Position numbers and translations under genes: made by a program. From Tubiluchus corallicola (taxonomy: Eukaryota > Animalia > Priapulida), in assembly GCA_030141605.1 (NCBI GenBank), contig JAQGDQ010000013.1:324447-388446 (forward strand): a DNA stretch of 64,000 nt. The letters run 5' to 3'. Position 1 is the first letter of the stretch. Each line of letters opens with the position of its first letter. Positions 24,297-52,600 of the stretch are shown here, piece by piece. The notes beneath the pieces were generated by a model. That model did no database searches. It was not told the DNA's origin and worked only from the letters and a program-made list of their open reading frames with translations.

Positions 24297-25618
24297 ATTT
24301 GTTAGGCCTAAGGTTCTTATTATAGTACCCCGTTTTATCACTTTAATTTTCTGCCGCTGACTGTTCTTGTAGTATGTGAAATTGTTTAGTGAAACTATTG
24401 TATTTTAAAATTTATCACTCGCTGAAAAGATATCGCAGTAATAGCACAGTAATTAATTTTTTATATGGGTCTAAAATATCCTTCATAATTTGCTGTTATC
24501 GCTAAAAATATTTAAGGATTAGTGTTCGAGAATTTTTTTAGCAAACTAGCAGTTACCTGTGCTCGGGAATTCTTTTAGTAAAACAGCTGTTACCTGTGAA
24601 TACAGGGAGAGATGCTGCAAGCCTGTTACATATAAGTGGGCCTTATAAGCTTACACGTATAATACACACAGACAGACTTGCGCATAACTTAATATATCGA
24701 CTTTTTTATTTAAAAAAACCAAAGCTTTTTATAAGACATGCATGGGTTCTTCTAACTTTATTTAGGGTATTGATCCTTAGCCCTGTGTGTTTATGTATTT
24801 AACTTGGATCTAACGCAAATGTCGGTATCATCCTAAATCTGCAGAACTACTGCCCAGAGCCCATAGATGTTATCTTAAGCAATTATTGATCTGTTTAAAT
24901 ATTGGGTTAATAATCGCTGTCAATTGGCTACTTGCTATTATAGTAAATTAATGATGCACATTACTTTACTACCAACAATGCACTGTTGTTAAGTTGGATA
25001 TCTTTTTTTTGGGAGACGAGTGGTGACTGTAGTGAAACTATATAACTAAATAAAGCAAAATAAGAAAAAGTTTATCAATCAGATTATGAATGATTACTGC
25101 TGCTGCTGTAGACTAATTGTTAAGGAATTTGAATTTTTTGTTGTTCACTTACCTTCTTGATTAATTTCGTTTTTGACTAACTTAATTTGTTTAGACTTTA
25201 GCATTGCGTTCTACAGAAGCCTGCAATACCAGCAATGTATATAGGACAACAAAGTAGTACATAGCGGAAATACATCGCCTTAATTGCAGGTAACCAAATA
25301 AACGTAACTTAGTAGGAGCTATAGACGTTATCACTGCTTATCTCAAAGCGCTGGGTAAGTACTATTCTCTATTTGTCCACACTATAATTCTCTTATGTGA
25401 ACGTTAAAAGGAAGAAAGTTCAACCAGGTAGCTCGTGATCAGATTCTAAGCGTGTGTTCCCATTCAGCCATACCTACAAGCATCAGACTGGTGTCAGAGT
25501 ATTACTACGAGCTGTGCGGGCCTTATGGTTGCATAAGGAAAGATTAATAAACCATGTGATAATATCTTACACGATTATTGAAGCATTGTTTTTACGGTGA
25601 CATAACTTTGTGAGAAAA

Positions 25619-41290
<15,672 letters not shown>

Positions 41291-41368
41291 AATTTCTTTA
41301 TCATCTCTTGCAAAACTTAATAGTAACTCTTAGTAAATATATTTTTGTAGTTGCCACAGCTTCTAGCT

Positions 41369-41374
41369 AATAAA
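41369..41374 (+). terminator. Candidate polyadenylation signal of the SLC5 gene
   Basis: AATAAA 79 nt after the stop, followed by T/GT-rich sequence. Confidence 0.55.
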
Positions 41375-41686
41375 ACATTTTTTGCTTCTGTTGTACTATT
41401 GCTACTATGCTTATCCTACACGGTTTCTAACTATCAGATTCTAACTATCTAACACTGTATTCTTTTAAGTCGTTTACTGTGATAGGCCTAATTGGAATTT
41501 TGATGCGCCAGAAGACTGATTTCCACAAAAATTACTGTATTTTTTAACAGATAACCTTGAGGCAAAAACAATGAATCTTAAGCTGGCTAGCAGTTTCAAA
41601 GCTTAAAAAATCTGAATGAAATTGGTTATGCCTACACGTCACAGATTTTGACAAAAGCCATTATAAGACAAATGTGTATTTTATTG

Positions 41687-41935
<249 letters not shown>

Positions 41936-42889
41936 AGCAAAGGACGGTGTATGTATATGACATTAAAATCACTAAAATTATTAGACAGGCTACGCATAAA
42001 TACTTACATTACCCAATCGGGGATCAGAGGATCCATGAAATGCAATTTTGCAGGATTTGTCTCTAGTGTTTTTTTCGTTTAGCTTAACGTGTTAACAGTG
42101 ACACCTGTTAAGATTTCAACAGTGACAGTTTCCTAACTTTCTGAAAAAAATTATACCAATATCACTGTAATGTAGATGATAATAATAATAGCTAACTAGA
42201 AAGTAATCAATAACTAGTGAATTAAGTTATCAATAAAGCAACTAACTGGTGAGTCGACAGTAGTGAGACAAATCAGCTAGCCAATCAATCGTTATTAATA
42301 ATTTGTTTTAAGAACAATAATTACTTCTTTTCTAATAATTTCGTCAGCCAAGTGCGCAGAAAAGCTGCTTGTTACAGCGTATAACATTACACAGTAATAT
42401 GACTTTCACACAGTTAAATTTATCAGTGATATGGCTTTCTTCGAATTATTTTCTTAAAATGAGTTAAGTAAAGGCTTTCTCACCTCAGAAGACGTTTTAA
42501 TTACAAAGCGGCTTCTTTTATTTCATTAACACCAAGAAGCCCCACTCCACTCCTATAAGCGTTTGTCAAATGCTCGCACATGCGCAATAAGCTTGGCTAA
42601 GGTAGGCAGTAAGATGTGGTCTGAAATTCTCAGCGAATAGTGAGTGTCGATAAACTTAGTTGCTGCGTAATAATTTGAATTGCAATTTTCAGTGCAGGCA
42701 TTGTTTTACCCGTAAAAAGAAATTCACCACTTCTATTGACGTACTGATTACTGTAGACTTTGGTGAGAAAAAGTTGCATGTTGTAATTTGCAAGTTCATT
42801 AAAATCGCACACTGTTCTGCATGTGTTGCGCTGGCTTCACGTTGATAAAAGTGGAAAGGTAGTTCAGATTAGGCAGCAGAGCAGCGTCA

Positions 42890-43625
42890 CAGACGCTTCA
42901 GAGAAGAGCTACTTATCGCAGAAAACATTTTTATTATAAAAAACTGATTGTCACAAAAGAAAAAAGTTTACAATCATGAAGGAATTTCTTGTCACGGAAG
43001 AGCTACCTATCGTTCAGAATTACTTCTTGCCGGCGAAGCGATTTTTGTCCTATTAATATTAGAGTACTTGTTGTAGAAAACCTACTATTTGTTACGGAGA
43101 GCTCTTTATGTTATTGGAGAACCAGATACCGCAGAATCTACCTGTTGCGGAAAAACTACTTGCTGCAGAAGCACTACTTGGCACGGAAGAGGCATTTGTC
43201 GCAGAAGATCTTCTTATTACAGAACTTCGTATCATAAACTTCTTGTTACAGAAGAACTTCTTGGCACCAAATAACTTATTGACACCGAAGAACTTTTGTC
43301 ACAAAAAACATTTTGGCACCAAAAAATTCTTGTCAGCGAAGAACATCTCATCGCAAAAGAACTCTTAGTCACATATGAACTTATTGTTGCAGAAAAAAAT
43401 CAATTATTGTTATTATTGAGTAACTAATTCTTGAGAAAAAGCAATTTGTCGTCGTATGACTTTTCATCATAGAACTGCTTACCACAAGGATTCTTGTCGC
43501 AAGGATCCCGGAAGAATGTTTAGTCATTCCGGAAGAATGACCTGCATCAGCTGAGTCAGTTGTACAGAAGAAAAGAAAAGAAATATTGGTCACAGAAAAA
43601 CAAAACTACTTCTTGCAGAATACAC
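42890..43625. repeat. Degenerate 18-bp tandem array immediately upstream of the GPCR start codon
   Basis: Variants of CTTGTCGCAGAAGAACTA recur throughout; best preserved at 43140-43380. Confidence 0.75.
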
Positions 43626-43641
43626 TTGCCAATTGCACAAC

Positions 43642-46600
43642 ATGATGTGGACAAAGCTGTGGATGTGTAGCGTATTCATGATGTGCTCTGTAGAATATCT
43701 GCGAGCTAAAAAGGAAAAGGATTTGTTTATTTTAGGGCTGTTTCCAATGAATGGACCTTGGGCAGGGGGACAAGTCATGTTACCCGGTGCCCAGATGGCG
43801 ATAGAACATATCAACAGTAGGCAGGATATTCTGCCCAAACATAATCTTCATTTAATATGGAATGATACAATGGTAAATATACAAATTAATAAGTATGTGT
43901 GATGATTCATTATTAATGGCGTTTATTCGTTGTTTCGTCGTTATAATTCGCTCACTGTCGTCTTCGTTCTTGTTATCATTATCTGAATATACATCACAAC
44001 CTTCATTACTCCGTTATTAGCACTGGCGTGGTCATCCACTCTTGCTATCTTTACTATTACCATTAACACTCTCATCTTCGTCTTTACTACAATCATCTGA
44101 CTCATCATTGACTTCTGATTCTAGACGTTCTAATCGGCGTCGTCATTGTTGTTTTCTTTACACCCTTTGCCATCATGATGATTATCATTATCATCAGCGT
44201 TATCACGGTCGTTATCTTCGCCGTCATCTTTATTCAGTTATATACTGTCTTATTAAGTTGTCTCAGGACTCTCCTTACAATTTTGTTTGGCTTTATCTTT
44301 TCATATGCACTATAGCGCGTGTGATTGCCCACAATTGCTTGAAAAGAACAGCATGTGTTTTATTAGTGTTTTGTCACACACTTATACTAATAAATAAGTT
44401 TGGGCTTGTGTGTGCAAATAATACCTGCATTGAGCTTGTATTGTGTGATGTGCATGTTAGAAGACATGTGAGCCGTAGAAAAAAACTTTGTCAATAAAGG
44501 AGTCGAGCCGTAGATGAGGTGCTTTGTTCGTAGACAAGCCTTTGCTCATATGACGTGAAAGTTGTCTAAGGTGAAAATTCGTTTATTTATGTGAGATGAA
44601 TGATCTGAAAATAGCAGTAGTTAAGGAAATCTTTTAACTGACTGACAGTTTTAGTGACATTTGCTCGAACAAATGGCTTTTAGTTACAGCTCCCCGTCGT
44701 GAAAAGATCAATTAGCGGGCATTTTATGTACAGTCAACTAGCGCAAAACTTGTGTCATCTTTAAAAATAAAAAGATATGCACTTTTCTTTTTTGTTTGTA
44801 TAACATGGTGCCTGTATTTTGAGAAGGAAAATTATTTAATTCTTAAAAATATTCGAAATTGAAAAAGTAGATGATAAACTGCGGTTTATTAATCCAAGGA
44901 CCTCTATAACTAAAGTTTAGTTAGTTAGTTATATTTAGTTATAGAGGTTCCTGATTAAGCTTACGCTTATTGTAAATGCACCACATAGTTGAGTAAGTGG
45001 TAAGTAAAGTTTTTTTATTTTAGGGCAAACCCAAATAAATATCACAACAAAAATAAAAACTTACGCAAGTAACACAAGTACACAAGAATCGTTAGTACCG
45101 TTAAATCAGCTAGTAGTTAATAAATAGAATAGTAAGTGGGATAATGTATTATTGCAATGTTTGTAGATGTTATAAGTAAAATCACAAATGTACAACACTT
45201 TCATAAACTCTTACACTTATACTGAGTACTAATCGACTTATGCGTACTAGTAGGCTTACTAGTAAGTCAAATTATGGTCTACTAAAACTAGTACACGTGT
45301 GCGGCACAGAGCAAATAAAAGGTTGAGAGAACAAATGAAGCAAAATTTTATCGTAGGCAACTTTGATATTTTTATAACTGTACAAGTTGCAATTATGTCA
45401 CAAAGTCGAACTCGAACAGTATATACATTAGTGTAAAGACTGCCAAAAACAATTTTCTTGACATCACAAAACCACAACCACATGCAACAACCGCATTAAA
45501 ATTTGGGACTAGTTACTGCCCGTAACGTATATATATATAATCGTTTTGCCTTATCGTAGTCTTATCCTCTCCGCCATAATGTGTCAAAACCTGACCACTG
45601 TAATTTTTCTTTGACTGACGGAATCACCCATGCTGTCGTATTTAGCTAAGTCATAAGTCACTGCATCATTTTGACCTCGACCTCAAATCAACGTGTTGCG
45701 TGCCTTTGATCTCTGATAGTCTAAATTTTAAACGTGGTAGCCTTTTATCAGTATTGCTTTTATAGCGGTTAATAGTACAGTTGATGTAGCAAATATTGTC
45801 TTGTGTTCCACCGGTGGTCTGTTCAGAGTACGTCATAGCGCATTGCATAACGCCTGCCAAATTTGGTTACGTTATTTTGAGTATTCGTAATTGCGGATGC
45901 ACTGCGTACAGCAAAAGAACAAAAAGAAAAAGAAAACGTACGCTGCTGGTGAACGCATGCAAACAGCTCTTATTTTATTATCTTACGGTATAGGAATAAC
46001 GAAACAGTAGGCACTAGTAAAATTTTCATTTTTTGCAGTTATCCATTTAAGATTCCGCATTAGCAAAGGCATTCAATCTAAATTATTACCAAAAAGGTCA
46101 AAACAAAATTTATCATTAATGTTTATTAATAATATGTGTAGTAAGAACGGAAATTGATACTACATGGATATCACAATGACTTGTAACTAAGGCGTTGAAC
46201 TTGGGTTATTAGCACAGGTTTCCTGCTGCAATTTATTGAGCAATTTGCTATCTCAAGTTTGTGTTGTTGATGACATTGTCATTGGCATGATCCTGCCACG
46301 TGCCGCTCAGACGTCTGCGATGCTCGAAGTCTGTGATTACAGGTAGAAATTAATGATCAACAGTACTTTCTTACTGGAAATAAAAGCCCGTGATTGTTAA
46401 TAGATTTCACTGACATTTTCTTGCGCCACCGGGTACGAGGCTAGGCGGATAAAAGATTGTCTATCTGCTTCTCCGTCCCTTTGTTTGTTCGTCTGCGCGT
46501 CCACTTGACCTCAGTAAATTTTAAATTAAGTACGAAAAATTGAATTGTAACACAGTTTGGTAATGCACCCTAAACATGGTACGCCTCTCTCTTGAAATGT

Positions 46601-49600
46601 TAAAGTGCGTTAGAATGTTAACGCAATTTAAGAATATTCACATAAGAAAACGAATAATCGGAAATATAACGAGACTGGGCATAAGAATTTTATTTACTTT
46701 CACTAGAACGGCTACGTTTCTGAAGGTTGAGATCAAAGGTTAAGGTCATGCAGCGACTTTCGTCTGATTGGTAGGGGAACTTATTGGACAAATAAAAGTT
46801 GCTGCATTGTCCAGGGATGCTTTGCCAAGCGTGCACTGTCAATCTGTCCCCTAGCCAATTTGTCCTGCACCCAAATCTCGACAGCTGAAAAGTCCACTGT
46901 TCATGTGCCACTGGCCAGGTGTCCTCCTGCCGAAATGTCCGCAAATTTTGCAGCACCAACGACAAATTTTTTATATAGTACTGCACACCGGCATAAAAAC
47001 TTAACGGCAGGACCTCGTTACTGTGGAAGATTTGGACTGGAATCGAGTTAGTAGACGTGGCAGCCAGGTCTGCATGCAAGTATGTTGAGCGAGTTAAGTA
47101 GCCGGGCTGTAATCTCTGTATGACAGATAAAGCTGTCCAGTTCTCGCAGCAGTCCTCTATCTAGTCACTGACTTACAGAGTTTTTCTTAACCTCGGTCGC
47201 TAAGTGCACACGATGGCCACTTAATAAGACACATAATTTATTGTTAGTTTGCAAATTCTATTACTTTGTCCAAAGCAAACTTGGATAATGAGCAGTAGTT
47301 AGCCAAGTAATTATGTAACTGATGTATTTGATTAACTTTGTGGGTTATTAACGATACATTTTTTACGTTTTTTCCGCTTTGCTAAAGAAGTTCCCCTACA
47401 GCTGGCAAAAAGGATATTACATCCACTAATGTGCAAAATTAACACAGTATTTTATCAACTAGGTTATTGATACAGCTCTGTTCTGACACGAAATATAGAA
47501 CTAGGGTCGGTCTCACAAAGCCGTCACTAAGTTAACCACGTCGTTATTACACTCACTTAACTATTAATAACGAAGTCATTGAGCTATGGTGTCACTGTTG
47601 AAAAAATTAGTAGCAATATTATTGGTATGTAATGCTGCAATAAAGTTTCTGCCAGAAGTTCATAATTACATAGGTCTGATGATCGTGGCTATTATTTTGA
47701 TTGCATGTGCTATTCATTAACAGTGTAATCCTGGTCGGGCCGTGAACATAATGTTTGATTTGCTCTATTCGTCTCCCATAAAGATCATGATAATAGGAGA
47801 TGGATGCTCATTTGTCTGTGAAGCCACTGCTGAAGCTGCAGCGTACTGGAACGTAAATCAGGTAAGATCAAGTGTCTGAAGTCATTCACGCGCATACACC
47901 TTTAATTAATTTGAGGTAATATAGCCCTACGGTAAGTAACCAAGAATTTTACGGACATCATCAAGATCGTTATAATAAAATAGTACCTTGGCTGTTTGTT
48001 GTCTGTGGTGCGCAGAGTGACCGCCACGCCAAAGCAATACGCTCACGTCGTCAGCATCAAAAATGGCGTATAAACCCGATAATTGTGAAAAACTGAGCTA
48101 TTGGTGAATTGCTCATGGGATAGATGGACATATTGTGTTTTTAGTATGAGCTGACTTATATACATGCTCTTACGTTATTTTGATTGGTAGGAAATTGAAT
48201 TCAACATTATAAACAAATGCTACATAACAAGACAAAAATAAAAGTTTGAAATACAGTTATCAAAAATTTAAATCAGAAATAATCTTGTTGTCTTAAAAGA
48301 TAAAAAAACGCAAAACAGATTAAAAACAGATGAATCAGACAACACCAGGAACCGAAATCTAAAAAGAGGCTCCAGTCGAACTAGAGACAAACTAACATCC
48401 ATATAAACAAATAAGAAAAATGCTAGGAAGAAAATTAAACGCTTGGACCAATGATATACTGAACTCTGGCAGAAAATCGCTGCCAGGTCTCGTGAATATT
48501 TGCAGTAGGTGTTCTTAAGAGAGACAGATACCCACGATATGGAGCTAATACGAATAATGCACCAGATGTACAAAATTCGAGTTCGAATCAGTCATGTTTT
48601 TAGATTCCATAATTTAATTTGAATTAAACTCAACAATTAGCTCTTTTTTCACCCTCCAAAAACTGCAGACTTGCAGAATGAAAAATCACTCCACAAGTCC
48701 TTGCCTAAAATTTAATATGCATTTTTACAGACGTGTTGAGTTTTTACTTTTAGATGTCTTACGGTTGTGCAGCCCCCACTTTATCTAATAAGAAAAAGTA
48801 TCCGTACTTTTTCCGAAGTACATCACCGGATACGGAAGTTGTGCCAGTTCGCGTTAAACTGATGTATGAGTTTGGTTGGAAGAAAGTCGCTACGCTGCAT
48901 CAGTCACATCCTTTGTTCTCAACAGTAAGTACATGTATTAGAAGGTTATTTTGACGGAGCATGCGCAGTAATTGTCTAACCAGAGACATTTTGTATAGAA
49001 TCTTTGCCAAAAAACACCAGCTGAATGACTGTTAACCGCAATGGTTGTGATGGTGATGGAGGTGATGATGATGGCGATGGTGATGATGTGATGTGATGTG
49101 AAGATTAAAATGGATGTTGATGGTGTTTTAAAATAATATTGATGGTGATGATAATGACGATGATGGTGTTTAGAATGATGTTTCTGAAGGCGACTATAAT
49201 GATGGCAAGGGCATTGATGGTGATGAAATTTATTGCTTTTTTGTTCGTTTTCATTTTAATTTAGTTCAATTATACATTTGACAAAAGACATAATGAAGGC
49301 TATGATATGATGATACTGAATATGACGACGCAATGATAATAATAACGCTGATGGTGACAATGATGATGATGATGGTGATAGATAACGACACTAATCATAG
49401 TGATGGCAATGATGATATTGATATCTTTATAATTTTCATAACAGGTGACGGATGCATTTGTAGCTGAATTACCGCTACACAATTTCACTTTAATCAGTTC
49501 AGAAATTTTCAAAGACGATCCTGCGATTCAGATTGCAAACCTAAAGAAACATGATGCTAGAATCATTTTTGGTGGATTTTATGAAAACATGGCACACAAG

Positions 49601-52600
49601 GTCTTTTGTGAGGTACGCAGTTTCTCTGTGGCACCTGCCTTTTTGTCGTTTATAACAATGCAACACCTGCTTTTGCAATAATGTAACACCTTACACATGG
49701 TGTGAGGCAGTTTGTTCGTGTTTTGAGTGTGAAATTGCTCCTCATTTGTTAGATATGATACTAGGCATTCTGTATTGTAAATGTGCAGTTGTTACTGTTA
49801 CTCATGGTTGCCCAATTTTTAACAGTAGGCTTTGTTCCACTTTTGCAATGGCGTATATATAACATGGGACAGCAATTAAGTTTAGCATCGCCAGTTCTGC
49901 TTAGAGCTTTGATGGCGCCGTGTGAAATTGCAACTTTCTTGCGTATTACCTATGCTTCGACCTTTCGTTTCCTCAAAATATACGTATTGGCAGTTTTGGC
50001 AGAAATAAGATTGTTCGCAACATCTCGGGTGGCGTAGAAACGTCTTGGGTGATGTAGAAAGAAGTGCCGATGCTTAGACTACAATAGTATTAAAAGCTTG
50101 TGCCCTATACAGGTGAAATTTCGCATCATCATCATCATATTACGGCGTATTAATTTTGACTGCGATCGTTTTAAGTTTATAGTTTAAATAGTTGTTAAGT
50201 TATGGCCGAAAAACTTCCGAATGTTAATAATTTAAATGTCAGCTAATCGTGAATAGGAAAACAGCCATGTATGCAGCACTCAATACATCAAAACAACAAC
50301 AGCAGCAGAACCAGTTTTGTTCGTGGTCTTCAACACAGAAATAAAGTATTATTTGTTATCAAGAAAAAAATAAGACTTACTTCCCCTGATCATGATGTCT
50401 GGAGTTCCCTTAAAGAGAAGGTGTGTGACGGCCGCGCAGTGCAGTTTGATGCAGAGGAACAAAGGCAAAATGGTTGAGTGTTGAAACTAAATACTCCAAA
50501 GAATTCTCAACTACCAAATCCAAAGAAGTCAGAAACAGTATTAGCTGTATCAAAGAAGTGGAAATTTTGGATACATGTAGAGCACTTGCTGTAAATTTTA
50601 TTTCATTTTATTTAAATTTATTGACAATCATTAAAATTACAAGATAAAATCAAATAAAAAATAAAAATAAAAATGTGGATGACAATGTTTACATACTAAT
50701 AATACAAATAATTGTCAGCACCACGTGCACTCTATTATTCGTCACCGTTCTCCATTAATTACAGAAAAACAATCTTTAATGAGGAGGCACAACTGCACTA
50801 ATGTCAGCTTCAAACAATTGCCTTACAGGTGAAAATACTAAATTATGATCAGTGCTATATTTTGTTCTAACACATGCTGTAAATGGGCAATGACAAAAAC
50901 ATGCTCTTCGCTTTGAACACTTACTTCATCACATGGGCACACTCCCCTATCCCTAAGGATACGAGCCTATCTGCCTTTTTCAACTAACAAACCATGAGAT
51001 GATAATTTTGCGTAGTATAAGCTATCCTAGTATATTCAGGAATATCAATGCTTGATGACGCTACCCTAACAAAAATGACGCTGTCGTCTATCATCAAAAG
51101 ACAATGGAGTCTACCTAAATATCCGTCATTCCGACATGCCTTTAACAAACGAATTAGAGGGTTTGCAAATAAGACAAATAATAAACAAGTAAATGGGGGG
51201 GGACTGTTTAACTCCCACCGTGATATTAAAACATTCTTTACCCAATACTGAGTGAGTGGTTGCATACATTGCTTGTATTGCGCCAATCATTCTAGCCCGT
51301 CATTCCATCTACACGGTCATATGCAGTGTAGAAATCGATAAACGATATAAACAGTTTGCTAAAACTACATTTGGCACTATCAGTTAACAATGGAAGTGAC
51401 ATTATTTACTGTACGCAAAACCTTCCTTTGGAGTGCCACTTTGTTTAGCATCAGGTGACCACCTGCAATTCAACCTCGCGTTCATGGTCATATCATAAAC
51501 TTTGGCCAGCATGCTGATTACACTAATGCCACGATAATTGCTACGCTCCCTTTTATACCCTTTTTTATGTTACCAAGCGGGATTTTGCTCATTCGCCAGG
51601 ATAGGATCCGGAGGTAAAAATAACATTTAATAAACTGTGTGCAACTGTTACAAAGTCTTCGGGTAATACGTTTACAATGCTGGGTGTTATACCGTCGCCA
51701 AATGCTGATTTATTACTGTCTAAAAACGATATAACATCCGTGACTTCTGTTAGGGTAAAATCAGAAACCAAAGTAGGGATAAACGGACAACCACTTGCGT
51801 CCACTATAGTAGGATTGTAAGGGCTGTTTAATATAGATTGAAAATAAATACTGAAAGCAGTATCAGTTGGACATAGGTCTTTACAACTGCTAGCCATTGA
51901 ATTAAACGCGCCAGACTAGTTTATCATTCATCACGCTTCTTTTCGTTGCCAGGTTGCAATAAAGTTGACCACCTATTACTAGGTGGTATCCACTCAGCAT
52001 GGATACGAGTCGGAGTAATACGGTGGATTTGACTGTGCGATACAACTGAGCTGCTCTATAAATAATTTCTGTAACCTCTGTACAAAAACTATTAACTGTC
52101 CCGCGGTCTATGTGAGACCTGTTTACTACGCCAAAAAGTGTTAACGGATTCGTTTAGTGCCGGCACATCACCCCTAATTGGCTTCATACAATGAGAACAT
52201 CCATTACGGGACGTTAAGTGACTATAACTACCAGCACTAATTGCAAATTCACGAATTTTCAATAAAGGTACATTGTTGCAGCTAATACAAAGGGACACAG
52301 GGGCATGATTAGATGGCATTGATAACTGGTTCCAAGTAAAAACCTGATTAATCTGTTGTACAAAACTGACGCTACAGCATACTAAGTCGAGTTCTGATAA
52401 CCAACTGTTCCTTCTTTTGAAGGACAAACCATTCATAAATTCTGCAGCTTTAATCAGCAAATGGTTTAATACGATTAAATTACAATCTTTTAAAAATACA
52501 ACTCAAAAATTTTCTACCATGTCTATTAATGTCACGTCTGGACAATTAAGTGCCGGTAAATCATTCATTTTCAATAAATGGTGATCCAAAACCCCCGACT

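Noticed and set aside
46218-46342. Open exon-like block in GPCR intron 1 (CAG|GTTTCC...ACAG|GTAGAA)
   Set aside because: About 125 nt, would shift the frame in a phase-0 intron, and exons 1 and 2 already join to give the expected DTMCNPG.
46430-46443. GGGTACGAGGCTA, resembling one end of a common invertebrate MITE
   Set aside because: I could not find the matching opposite end.
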